Assembly (NCBI GenBank): GCA_016180855.1
Contig: JACPAL010000011.1
Location: 7,392-71,391, forward strand
Direction of reading: 5' to 3'
Length of the DNA stretch: 64,000 nucleotides
DNA from: Deltaproteobacteria bacterium
Lineage (GTDB): Bacteria; UBA10199; JACPAL01
The position numbers were made by a program, and so were the translations under genes. The notes beneath the pieces are model-generated. The model had not been told where the DNA came from. It searched no databases and was given only the letters and a program-made list of their open reading frames with translations. Below are positions 55,577 through 64,000 of the stretch, piece after piece (position 1 is the first letter of the stretch; each line of letters begins with the position of its first letter).

Positions 55577-56248
55577 ATGCCCCTGCCCTTTTCTCAGTAC
55601 ATCGACCACACCCTGCTCAAGCCGGAAACAACGGGAGAGCAGATCCACCAACTTTGTGAGGAGGCGGTCACCTATCAGTTCTTTTCCGTCTGTGTGAACC
55701 CGTTCTGGGTCTCTCTATGCAAAAAACTTCTGGAGAAGAGTAGAGTTAAGGTCTGTACCGTTGCGGGATTTCCTCTGGGACTTGGTCAGCCCTCCGTCAA
55801 GGCGGAAGAGGCAAAACGTGCCCTGGATGACGGTGCTGCTGAGGTTGACATGGTGATGAATATCGGTGCCTTCAAATCAAGAGAGTTCACCATGGTACAA
55901 AAGGATATTGAGGCCGTTCGGAAGGCAATCCCGAATCTTCTTCTGAAGGTCATTCTGGAAACATGTCTTTTAAACCATGAAGAGAAGATGAAGGCCTGTC
56001 ATCTGGCCCAGGAGGGCGGCGCTGACTTTGTCAAGACATCAACCGGTTTTTCAACGGGTGGTGCGACGGTCGATGACATCAAACTTCTTCGTGAAACGGT
56101 CGGATCCAAAATGGGGGTCAAGGCCTCAGGGGGAATCAAGAATCTTAAGTCAGCACTCGACATGATCCAGGCTGGAGCAACCCGGATTGGTTCTTCCGCT
56201 GGCGTGTTGCTTGTGAGAGAGGCCGGCAACCGTGTTTTATCAGTTTGA
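55577..56248 (+). CDS. deoC: deoxyribose-phosphate aldolase
   Basis: [19 protein letters not shown], Schiff-base Lys in DFVKTSTGF. 223 aa. Confidence 0.92.
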   Translation: MPLPFSQYIDHTLLKPETTGEQIHQLCEEAVTYQFFSVCVNPFWVSLCKKLLEKSRVKVCTVAGFPLGLGQPSVKAEEAKRALDDGAAEVDMVMNIGAFKSREFTMVQKDIEAVRKAIPNLLLKVILETCLLNHEEKMKACHLAQEGGADFVKTSTGFSTGGATVDDIKLLRETVGSKMGVKASGGIKNLKSALDMIQAGATRIGSSAGVLLVREAGNRVLSV

Positions 56249-56402
56249 TAACAGATTCTCATTTTGAGAGATAATTAAACACCTCTAATCAAAACGGGCT
56301 TATATTTAACTATCTGAAATTACTTGTAAGATTCCGCTCATTCGTTTTTGGGACGATGGCAATAAAATTGCAGTTCATTCTCTCCTGAAACCTGGAGGTC
56401 TT

Positions 56403-57941
56403 ATGATTCAACCCAGTCTCAAGAAGCTTTCTTTGGTGGTAACTCTGCTATTTTTTGCCGGCTGTTCCAAGACAGGGACAACAGTTGAAGAAGGTTCTAT
56501 AGAGACTGAACAATCTGCCGGAGAGACGGAACAGCAGAAAGAGGAGATGCGTGAAGAAGGACTGGCCAACAACGAGATTGAGATCCTACTTGAGGAGGAA
56601 CATTCTGTAACGATTACGCAGGAGGCGGTCCAGGCGCTTGCGAACTCGGCAAAGGAGCTGGAGTCTGGTACTGTTAACCCATCAGAATTGGAGGAGCCTG
56701 TTGCAGAACCGACGGAAGATGGCGAACCATCAGAATTCTCTGATGATCCCCTGATGACTGAGGAAGAACTCGTAGAGGGATCTCAAGGGACGGAGGATGA
56801 GGGTCTCGTTGAAATCGACCTCGGGATGCTCTCCATCCATTCCTCCACGGAAACAATTTTAGAGGAACTCCTCACCGGTCATAACCGCCCCAACCGATCC
56901 GGTCGTGAAAATATCATTTTTGTCGGCCACGGTTCCCGTTCCAAGTCCTACTTCATCTCTCAGTCCCTCAAGATCCTTGATCTCGAGGGAGAAGGACTCC
57001 CTACAACCGGGGGGCGCACGGCACATGGGCTGTTTGGCCAGGCGGTCTTTGACGGAAAGAGGGATAAATTTAATTTCTGGTATGTGGACCTCGCCTCTCA
57101 CTCAATCGACCGATCGAGGTCACTAAACAACTATTGTTCTCTCGAAAAAGATTTTGATGGAATCGAAGACGATATTCTCGAGCAGGTCTCGCTGCGGCAT
57201 AAGACCTTTATCCATATGCTCTCGAACACCAACTGTCGGTCACAGGCGAACTGGTTTCGAATCCGTCTCGATCAAAGACTGAATGATCTCCTGCGTGCTG
57301 CCTTTGACTGGGGACGGATTTCGGGGAACCTCCTTCGTGTCTTGAGTGGAAACATGACCTTCTACGAGACCCTCGTCGATGGGGTTAATTGGGAAAATCT
57401 CTTTTCGCGGGTTGTAGATCTAAACACGCACCCACGCATCTTCCTGAATCTCTATGACAAGAATCGGTCACAGCCGAGACCCCTCTTTATCGATGTTGCC
57501 GTTCATGAACTGGGACATGCGTTTGTCAAATTTATGGATGAATACGCCGAAAACACCGTTTCAGATATCCTTCACTTAGGGGCATTGAAGAGCTTTCTTG
57601 ATTTTAACATCAACCTGACCGGCTTTTTCCCAAGCTGGACACGGATGATTTATAATATCCCCTCCGTCACGATCAATCCGTTCCGGCAACTGCTCAATTG
57701 GAGCGGTCTCTTCGCCACGAATTGTGCCGCCACCTATTCTTCAGCCCAGTCGCGCTGGGGAGATCTGGCAGGTCAGGGGGTCGGCGATCTGAGGATTCAG
57801 ACCCAAGTCGGTTGTCTCTATTATGCCAACCACTTCTACAGGTCTTCCAAGGATTCAAAGATGAAAACGAGTACGAATCCGTTCAATCTCTTCCAAGAGC
57901 GTTATCTCAAGGCCCACTTTCTTGACCAGAGAAGCTCTTAA
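56403..57941 (+). CDS. lipoprotein zinc metallopeptidase, M64 (IgA-peptidase)-like
   Basis: Lipobox LLFFAGC, acidic linker, and HELGHAFVKFMDEY matching the M64 HExxHxxxxxxDEY signature. GGAGG SD. Confidence 0.65.
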   Translation: MIQPSLKKLSLVVTLLFFAGCSKTGTTVEEGSIETEQSAGETEQQKEEMREEGLANNEIEILLEEEHSVTITQEAVQALANSAKELESGTVNPSELEEPVAEPTEDGEPSEFSDDPLMTEEELVEGSQGTEDEGLVEIDLGMLSIHSSTETILEELLTGHNRPNRSGRENIIFVGHGSRSKSYFISQSLKILDLEGEGLPTTGGRTAHGLFGQAVFDGKRDKFNFWYVDLASHSIDRSRSLNNYCSLEKDFDGIEDDILEQVSLRHKTFIHMLSNTNCRSQANWFRIRLDQRLNDLLRAAFDWGRISGNLLRVLSGNMTFYETLVDGVNWENLFSRVVDLNTHPRIFLNLYDKNRSQPRPLFIDVAVHELGHAFVKFMDEYAENTVSDILHLGALKSFLDFNINLTGFFPSWTRMIYNIPSVTINPFRQLLNWSGLFATNCAATYSSAQSRWGDLAGQGVGDLRIQTQVGCLYYANHFYRSSKDSKMKTSTNPFNLFQERYLKAHFLDQRSS

Positions 57942-57996
57942 ATAAAGCTACTTTTTCGGTTGTTATTTCTCATACTTCCTATAGTCTGCCTCTTTC

Positions 57997-59592
57997 ATGA
58001 GCATTCGGGGATTCAAAAAAAGACTCAAGGTCGGAATCATTGACCTGATCGCTAAACAGCCGACAAAATCAATTTACGCCCGGATCGTCAATCCCAATTA
58101 CACCTCACTCATGCCGCAGGTCGTTGCAGTTTGGGCAGAGCAACTGGGACACGAGGTCCACTACCTCACATTTACCGGATTTGAGGATCTTCAGCATGAT
58201 GTCCCTCAGGAAGTGGACGTCCTTTTTATCAGCACTTTTACCCAGAATGCCCTGACCGCCTACAGTATTTCTGACATCTTCAGAAAACGGGGGATTGTAA
58301 CCGTTTTGGGAGGCCCCCATGCCCGTGCCTATGCGGAGGATGCTCTCTTTCATTTTGATTACGTTTTGGGACTAACCGATCGTGACCTGATCCAAAATCT
58401 TCTCGAGGATCCTGCACCACAAAAAGAGATTGGGGTCCATTTGAGTGCCCCGGGCCAGGTCAAGTCGGTACCCGGGATACGGGAACGCTGGAAGTTCCTA
58501 GAACAAAACTTGAAAAAGACGCGGATCGTGCACGTCGTGCCGATGATTGGGAGCTTGGGGTGTCCCTATACCTGCAGCTTCTGCATTGATTCCAAGATTG
58601 ATTATCTACCCCTCCCCTACGATCAAATCCGTGAAGACCTGGATTTCCTGCAAAAGATGCCGAAGCCGCCGACGGTCGCCTGGTACGATCCGAATTTCGG
58701 GGTCCGATTTGACGACTATCTCAATATCATCGAGTCAACGGTCCCACCCGGCCGGATGGCGTTTGGCGGGGAAAGCAGTCTCTCGCTCTTGAGTGAAGCA
58801 AACCTCAAGCGTCTTAAAAAGAATAATTTTATTGTGATGCTGCCCGGAATTGAGTCCTGGTTTGATTTTAATGGCAAATCAAAACAACAGAAGAATTTTG
58901 GTCTCGACAAGGTCAAACCGATCGCCGAGCATATTAATCTTGTCATGCAATACATCCCCTATGTGCAGACCAATTTTCTGTTTGGTCTCGACACGGATGA
59001 GGGTCCCGCCCCTTTTGAACTGACCAAGAAATTTGTCGATCTCTCTCCCGGAGTCTATCCGAATTTTGCAATGCTGACCTCTTTCGGCAATTCGGCCCCG
59101 TTAAACAAAAAATTTCAGGAGGAAGGGAGGATCATCGACATCCCGTTCCCGTTCCTTGACGGCAATGCCGGATTAAACGTTCGTCCGAAAAATTATGGCC
59201 TGGTTGAGTTTTACGACCACTATCTGGATCTGGTGAGGTATTCTTACTCCCCTGAAAAGATCTGGAAACGTTTCAAGGCAAACAAGCATCCGCTTCCTCG
59301 CTGGATGAACCTCTTGCGCGCCACATTTTCAGGTAAGGGAAACCGGGGCAACTATTTTCAGGTAAGGGAGCGACTCGCCAAGGAGCCTGAATTTCATGAT
59401 TTTTATGCCGGGGCCAGCATCAAGCCCCCGCCCTACTTTCGGGATCAAATCCGGAAAAATTTGGGCGTTTTTTACGATCACCTTCCGCAGAGGGTCGTCA
59501 ATTATCTCCATCACGGAGAGCCGGCTCCAAACCCCAGAATTTCGAACGCCCTGCCGACCATTTATCCGATGGAACAGGCAGCCGCTTCCTGA
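57997..59592 (+). CDS. B12-binding-domain radical SAM protein
   Basis: 531 aa. N-terminal Rossmann-like region (DVLFISTFTQNALTAYS..TVLGGPHA), then GCPYTCSFC (CxxxCxxC). Confidence 0.8.
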   Translation: MSIRGFKKRLKVGIIDLIAKQPTKSIYARIVNPNYTSLMPQVVAVWAEQLGHEVHYLTFTGFEDLQHDVPQEVDVLFISTFTQNALTAYSISDIFRKRGIVTVLGGPHARAYAEDALFHFDYVLGLTDRDLIQNLLEDPAPQKEIGVHLSAPGQVKSVPGIRERWKFLEQNLKKTRIVHVVPMIGSLGCPYTCSFCIDSKIDYLPLPYDQIREDLDFLQKMPKPPTVAWYDPNFGVRFDDYLNIIESTVPPGRMAFGGESSLSLLSEANLKRLKKNNFIVMLPGIESWFDFNGKSKQQKNFGLDKVKPIAEHINLVMQYIPYVQTNFLFGLDTDEGPAPFELTKKFVDLSPGVYPNFAMLTSFGNSAPLNKKFQEEGRIIDIPFPFLDGNAGLNVRPKNYGLVEFYDHYLDLVRYSYSPEKIWKRFKANKHPLPRWMNLLRATFSGKGNRGNYFQVRERLAKEPEFHDFYAGASIKPPPYFRDQIRKNLGVFYDHLPQRVVNYLHHGEPAPNPRISNALPTIYPMEQAAAS

Positions 59593-60765
59593 TTAAGAAT
59601 CAATCGTCTCACTCAACTGCTGCCAGGGAATGGCGGTAATTTCCTCCTCCAGCTTGACCGGTCGGGGGGTTCGGCAAACGACATAGCCCTTTTTTGCCTT
59701 TTTGTATTCCTTGAGAAAAACCTTCAGGTGACGAATGTCTTGACGACTCGGCCGATCATTCCATTTTACCTCGATCGGAATATATTCCCCTCCTCTCTCT
59801 ATCACCCAATCGACTTCAGGACCATCCGGATCTCGCCAAAAACGGATTTTGGTGGAAACTGTTTTCAGGCGGGCCAGACGAATCAATTCGAGGCCGACAT
59901 ATTGTTCAAACAGGTTTCCCAGCCGATCGCGTGAAAGGGATCGACCTTCTCCCGCACAGAGGCGACGCACACCGAGATCAAACATCAGATAACGGTTCGA
60001 TTTTGTCAGTTTTTTTCGGGTAAGACTTTGAGTAATCGGTTCGATCCGTTCCGCAATCAAACAATCATCGAGAATTTCAAAATAAGAGGCGATGGTGGTG
60101 TGGCTGACACCTATTTCTTGAGAGAGGCCGTGAAGATTGATAATGTTTCCCGACTCCAATCCCGCAAACTCCAGAAAGCGGGCAAAAGAGCCAATATTTC
60201 GAACGATCGCCTCAGCCCGAATCTCCTCTTCAAGATAGGTTTCAACATAAGACTTGAGATCCACTTCGCGGTCGGTTGCTTCTCGTTCCTGAACGATTCC
60301 GGGAAGCGTTCCGTCCGTGAGAATCATTTCGATCGGTTGGGCATATTCTTGATGAAGAAAAGGATCGAGCCGCATACTCACGACCCGTCCTGGGAGCAAA
60401 TTAACCCCCCTTCCCTTCCGTAATTTTCTGGCCGAGGAACCGGTCAGGATAAATTGTGCCACATGTCGATCGATAAGATCTTGCACCGCATCCATAATGG
60501 TCGGCACTTTTTGAACTTCATCAAGAAAGACGAGCGGCCGTTTGGTCTTTTTTGCCAACGCTTCGATTTCACCGATCAAAAGAGAGCTGTTTTTTTCATA
60601 ACGCTGCCGGGTGCCGGGAGAGGCGAGGGAAAGGGTCAGATCCGATGAAAGCCGGGCGAGGAGCGTCGATTTTCCGGTTTGACGAGGACCCAAGAGCAGG
60701 ATGCTTTTCCCTCGATCCAGATGGTGTTGAAGCCCTGATTCAAGCTGGCGCTGAATATATTGCAT
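59593..60765 (-). CDS. AAA+ ATPase with DUF4143-type C-terminal domain (COG1373-like)
   Basis: Walker A LLGPRQTGKSTL, Walker B LVFLDEVQ. 390 aa. Confidence 0.8.
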   Translation of the reverse strand: MQYIQRQLESGLQHHLDRGKSILLLGPRQTGKSTLLARLSSDLTLSLASPGTRQRYEKNSSLLIGEIEALAKKTKRPLVFLDEVQKVPTIMDAVQDLIDRHVAQFILTGSSARKLRKGRGVNLLPGRVVSMRLDPFLHQEYAQPIEMILTDGTLPGIVQEREATDREVDLKSYVETYLEEEIRAEAIVRNIGSFARFLEFAGLESGNIINLHGLSQEIGVSHTTIASYFEILDDCLIAERIEPITQSLTRKKLTKSNRYLMFDLGVRRLCAGEGRSLSRDRLGNLFEQYVGLELIRLARLKTVSTKIRFWRDPDGPEVDWVIERGGEYIPIEVKWNDRPSRQDIRHLKVFLKEYKKAKKGYVVCRTPRPVKLEEEITAIPWQQLSETIDS

Positions 60766-60889
60766 ATCGCACTCAATATTCGCCGAAAATTGAGTGTATT
60801 ACAACAATATTCTTTTACTGATCGAATATGCGGGCTCCCGATCGATCAAACCGCAGGCCGTTTGGAGGTCGTCTGGTTCCTCATAGGTT

Positions 60890-61630
60890 TTACGGTGGAT
60901 TCAAAGCCCTCTCAACAAACCGCCTGACCAATTGATTTGATTCAGGTGTCGGAACGGCCGACGATAAAACCTTGGCCAGCTGTTCGTCGTTCTCGGTGTA
61001 ATGTTGTTTATAAATCGTGAGTCGCCGGACGAGCGTCTCCCGATCGACCTCCGGATGAAACTGCATTGCCCAGAACGGCTTTCCGAAAACACGAAAGGCG
61101 TGAGGACAGGAGTCGGTCAAGGCCAATAACTCACACCCGTGAGGGAGCGAAAGAGCCCTCTCCCGATGCACAGAAACGGCAAGAAACGGATTCGGCATGT
61201 CACAAAACAATGGATCGTTTTTGGACTCAAGCGTGAGACGGATCGGAATCGTTCCAGTTTCGAAATCTTTCTTGTCCCGAACAATTCTTCCCCCCAGGGC
61301 GGTCACGGCGAGCTGGAAACCATAACAAGAGGCAAAGACAGGGATCTCTTTCTCAAGACAATGGAGAAGGAGCTTCTCGCTTTCAGGGACAAACGGATAT
61401 TTTTCTCTTTCCAGGACCGATGCCTCACTCGCCCCACCCACTAAAACGGCATCATAAGGATCAACAATCGTTGGATCGAACCGGGGTGTATCAAAGACAT
61501 TCAGAATCTCAATCTGTGATTTGGCCAAGCCACTGAACCGGGAAAAACTGTCGTGCTCTTCTTGTCGCACACGGGGATCATCACGAATTTGAAGCAGGAG
61601 AAGCTTTAAGGAGGCGTTATCTTTCTTCAT
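60890..61630 (-). CDS. class I glutamine amidotransferase-like protein
   Basis: Nucleophile elbow ASCYGFQL and MQFHPE His-Glu. The ATG at 61630 forms an ATGA overlap with the upstream ligase stop. The ORF track opens at GTG 61639. Confidence 0.8.
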   Translation of the reverse strand: MKKDNASLKLLLLQIRDDPRVRQEEHDSFSRFSGLAKSQIEILNVFDTPRFDPTIVDPYDAVLVGGASEASVLEREKYPFVPESEKLLLHCLEKEIPVFASCYGFQLAVTALGGRIVRDKKDFETGTIPIRLTLESKNDPLFCDMPNPFLAVSVHRERALSLPHGCELLALTDSCPHAFRVFGKPFWAMQFHPEVDRETLVRRLTIYKQHYTENDEQLAKVLSSAVPTPESNQLVRRFVERALNPP

Positions 61631-63063
61631 ACAGTCCACTCATTCACCGGTCTCCCTGATTCCTGCCTCTCAAAATAAGCGGCGGTCAGGGCCCTAAAGT
61701 CCCGACCATGTTTTTCCACAAACCGTCTTTGCCAACCTGCCCCCGTTTGTCCCGATCGCACCCTCTCCGCAAGGACCCCGTCCAGATAATAATTAACCGT
61801 GTCGGGGGGGAGTTGATAAAGGAGCAACCCTTTTTTTGCAAGCGGAAGGAGTTCCAAAACAAGATCTCTCACCGAAACAAATCGCTCCTTCCTCCATTCC
61901 AGTTCAGCCGCCAGTCCCAGCTCTGCCGCACGATAAAAATTGGCCCGTGCCTTCGAAAATGGAATCTCCCTCTCCCATGCAATCGCCTCCCACTTCATCC
62001 CTTTAAGAAGACCGATAAAAAAGAGACAGTTGGCCATCATGTCGACAACGGTCGGACCGGACGGCATCACACGATGTTCAAGGCGGAGTTTGATCTTTCC
62101 ATCCTTCATGATTCGGATTTGAGGTCGATTCCACCGCCAGATTGTTCCATTATGAAGAAGAAGATGCTTGAACGCCTCTTTCGGCTCTTTAAAGGAGACC
62201 GGAAGGATCGCTGGAAATCGCTCACAGTTTTCCTGAAAAAATTCCAGGAAGGAGTTTTGAAGATAGTCGGAACCAAAAGAAACACGCCCCACCCATTCGT
62301 TGTCCTGATTGGTAAAAAAGCCGGTCACGACCGCCTGTTCAAAAAGGGGGATCCGCGTCTCCTCCCACAAATCCTTTTCTAAAAAATAAGGGGAGTTCGC
62401 TGACAGAGCGACCATCGGTGCTGAAAGAATTTGAGCCAAATTGAAAGAGCGGACCGCCTCCTCCGGGTTCAGATCAAGATGCAGGTGGAGTGCCGAAGTG
62501 GCCGAAACAAACATGATATTCCGCTGCATTCGGGCCAACGATTCTTTCCCCTGGATATTAAGTGGCATTGGTTTCTTGGCGCGCAAATGCATCACCTGTT
62601 CCGCCAAGGCCCTGTAGCGGTGGGAGGAGGTCATTTGATCACTCGCAAGATCGTGATCCGTCAGTGTCGGAAGGATCCCGGTCATGAGAAAAAGGGAACC
62701 CACCTCACTGGCACGTTTGGAAAACATCTGCTTCATCCGATTCATTTCATTCTCTAACTCTTTTACAACTCCTTGGCCAAGGAGATGAGGCTGGCTTTGA
62801 AACTCCACATTATAACGACCCAATTCGGGGGAGGATTCCAGCGGGTCTAGAACCTTCAAAAACTCCTCATTATGGGGAGAGGGGGAAAAATCAGTCGGAT
62901 GACAAAGCCATCCCTCTATTTCAAAGGCGACCTGACGATCATCCGAAGAGACCTCACCCCGATGAACCTTTTCAATCAACAACTCCGTCTCTTCTTTTAA
63001 GTGTAATTGAAAGAGCTGAAAATCGGTCTCTGAAAAACGGCTTTTGCCAATTTCGATTCCCAA
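61627..63063 (-). CDS. GCS2-family carboxylate-amine ligase (glutamate-cysteine-ligase-like)
   Basis: 478 aa. ALHLHLD and LSANSPYFLEKDLWEETRIPLF, typical of the GCS2/YbdK family. TTG start preceded by GGGTGAGGGAG, which is supplied by repeat copy H. Confidence 0.75.
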   Translation of the reverse strand: MGIEIGKSRFSETDFQLFQLHLKEETELLIEKVHRGEVSSDDRQVAFEIEGWLCHPTDFSPSPHNEEFLKVLDPLESSPELGRYNVEFQSQPHLLGQGVVKELENEMNRMKQMFSKRASEVGSLFLMTGILPTLTDHDLASDQMTSSHRYRALAEQVMHLRAKKPMPLNIQGKESLARMQRNIMFVSATSALHLHLDLNPEEAVRSFNLAQILSAPMVALSANSPYFLEKDLWEETRIPLFEQAVVTGFFTNQDNEWVGRVSFGSDYLQNSFLEFFQENCERFPAILPVSFKEPKEAFKHLLLHNGTIWRWNRPQIRIMKDGKIKLRLEHRVMPSGPTVVDMMANCLFFIGLLKGMKWEAIAWEREIPFSKARANFYRAAELGLAAELEWRKERFVSVRDLVLELLPLAKKGLLLYQLPPDTVNYYLDGVLAERVRSGQTGAGWQRRFVEKHGRDFRALTAAYFERQESGRPVNEWTV

Positions 63064-63069
63064 GGTTCT

Positions 63070-63151
63070 CCCTCACCCACCACTGAAATTATTATAGCCG
63101 TTCCCCTCTCCCGCCCTTCAGCATGGCTCAGGGCAGGCCAAGGGGAGAGGG
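63070..63151 (+). repeat. C-run/G-run element, long form (H)
   Basis: CCCTCACCC(63070-78)-24 nt-CCCCTCTCCC(63103-12)-29-nt loop with inner GCCCT/AGGGC stem-GGGGAGAGGG(63142-51). Spans the ABC ATPase stop and the ligase SD. Confidence 0.7.
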
Positions 63152-63897
63152 CCTCTGTTATTTCCCATGAAGCTTTTTACAAACGGGCTAGCCGGTCTCC
63201 GGCAAATCTCTTCGGGAGTCCCAATTTGTACAACCCGCCCTTCATTCATCACGACCAACCGATCGGCCAGTGCGATCGCCTCCTCCTGATCGTGGGTGAC
63301 ATAAACGCAGGTGAGGCCGGTCGTCTGTTGGAGCTGTTTAATTTCTGCCCTCATCTGAATCCGGAGCTTTTCATCAAGGTTCGAAAGGGGTTCATCAAAA
63401 AGCAAAATTTTTGGTTCCAGAACAAGGGCCCGTCCCAAGGCAACCCGCTGCTGTTGTCCGCCCGATAACTGGTCCGGATAGCGGTGTCCCAAATCGATGA
63501 GTCCCATCTGACTCATCATTTGCTCCACACGTCTCCTGATCTCAACGGAAGGGACTTTTCTGACACGAAGACCGTAGGCCAGATTGTCGAAGAGGGTCAT
63601 GTGGGGGAAGAGGGCATAATTCTGGAACACCATGGGAATGCCGCGCTTGTGGGCAGGGACTCCAAGGATGTCATGTCCAAAGAGATGGATTTCCCCTTGG
63701 GTCGGGTGTTCAAAACCGGCGAGGCACCGCAGGAGCGTCGTCTTGCCGCAACCCGATGGGCCAAGAAGGCAGAGAAACTCCCCCCTGAATACCTCAAGAT
63801 TGAAATCCCGGATAGCAAAAGATTCCTTCTGTTTGCCACGAGTGGAAAAAATCTTCGACAGACCAATAAATTGGATCGCTCGTTGTTGACGGTTCAT
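63118..63897 (-). CDS. ABC transporter ATP-binding protein (PotA/CysA-like importer ATPase, short form)
   Basis: GPSGCGKTT, LSGGQQQRVALGRAL, LLFDEPLS. 259 aa. The C-terminal ~11 codons lie inside repeat copy H. Confidence 0.9.
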   Translation of the reverse strand: MNRQQRAIQFIGLSKIFSTRGKQKESFAIRDFNLEVFRGEFLCLLGPSGCGKTTLLRCLAGFEHPTQGEIHLFGHDILGVPAHKRGIPMVFQNYALFPHMTLFDNLAYGLRVRKVPSVEIRRRVEQMMSQMGLIDLGHRYPDQLSGGQQQRVALGRALVLEPKILLFDEPLSNLDEKLRIQMRAEIKQLQQTTGLTCVYVTHDQEEAIALADRLVVMNEGRVVQIGTPEEICRRPASPFVKSFMGNNRGPLPLACPEPC

Positions 63898-64000
63898 GAA
63901 CCCCTCACAAACTCCCTCTCTCGACCCCGAACGGCCAAACGTAACAGGCCCAACACAATCGCCACAACAATCATTAACATCACGGAAAGGGCCGCCGCCT
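63894..64000 (-). CDS. ABC transporter permease, 3' end only (gene runs off the right edge)
   Basis: Minus-strand frame reads ..AAALSVMLMIVVAIVLGLLRLAVRGRERE.. and ends in a TGA that overlaps the ATPase ATG (ATGA). Confidence 0.45.
   Translation of the reverse strand, partial: AAALSVMLMIVVAIVLGLLRLAVRGREREFVRGS

Noticed and set aside
61708-62382. 224-codon plus-strand ORF inside the GCS2 ligase gene
   Set aside because: Shadow ORF. Lys/Arg-rich with no motifs.

Overview
64-kb chromosomal segment of an unidentified, apparently Gram-negative-type bacterium. I found no rRNA, tRNA or CRISPR array. Most of the window is dense housekeeping operons with tight ATGA/TGATG start-stop coupling. These are polyamine synthesis (speA; aguB-aguA plus a Leu-type amino-acid dehydrogenase), pyrB-pyrC-carA-[threonine-dehydratase-like]-carB, hemE-hemN-hemJ-hemH and dnaK. 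There is also a futalosine-route menaquinone supercluster: mqnA, an MqnC/E-type radical SAM enzyme, an amidohydrolase, and UbiD/UbiE/UbiX/UbiA homologues. The remaining core genes are typA, hutU-hutG-hutI with divergent hutH, an SLT transglycosylase and deoC. Accessory-looking parts: (1) six small lipoprotein/membrane paralogues at 6.4-9.5 kb; (2) a RayT/IS200-like Y1 transposase flanked by inverted REP-like repeats at 18.1-19.0 kb; (3) a five-gene minus-strand envelope locus at 34.4-42.7 kb, with a porin-like gene, two beta-rich proteins lacking signal peptides, and two thrombospondin-type-3-repeat proteins; (4) orphan proteins at 27.9-29.5 and 42.8-45.0 kb; (5) a small Cys/His protein with two DGGHCLI repeats that overlaps a histidine-kinase remnant; (6) an M64-like lipoprotein with a B12-type radical SAM enzyme; (7) a DUF4143-type AAA ATPase; (8) an ABC importer / GCS2 ligase / GATase1 operon. 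The most unusual signal is a dispersed family of C-run/G-run palindromic elements (CCCTCACCCC box plus a CCCCTCTCC..GGAGAGGGG hairpin). I found at least eight copies. Four are translated in-frame inside conserved enzymes (aguB, carA, a radical-SAM-like protein, the amidohydrolase). Three long-form copies have an invariant 24-nt spacer and sit exactly on gene boundaries; two of these bracket the ubiA-like gene. All calls come from reading the sequence and ORF translations by eye. No database search was run.
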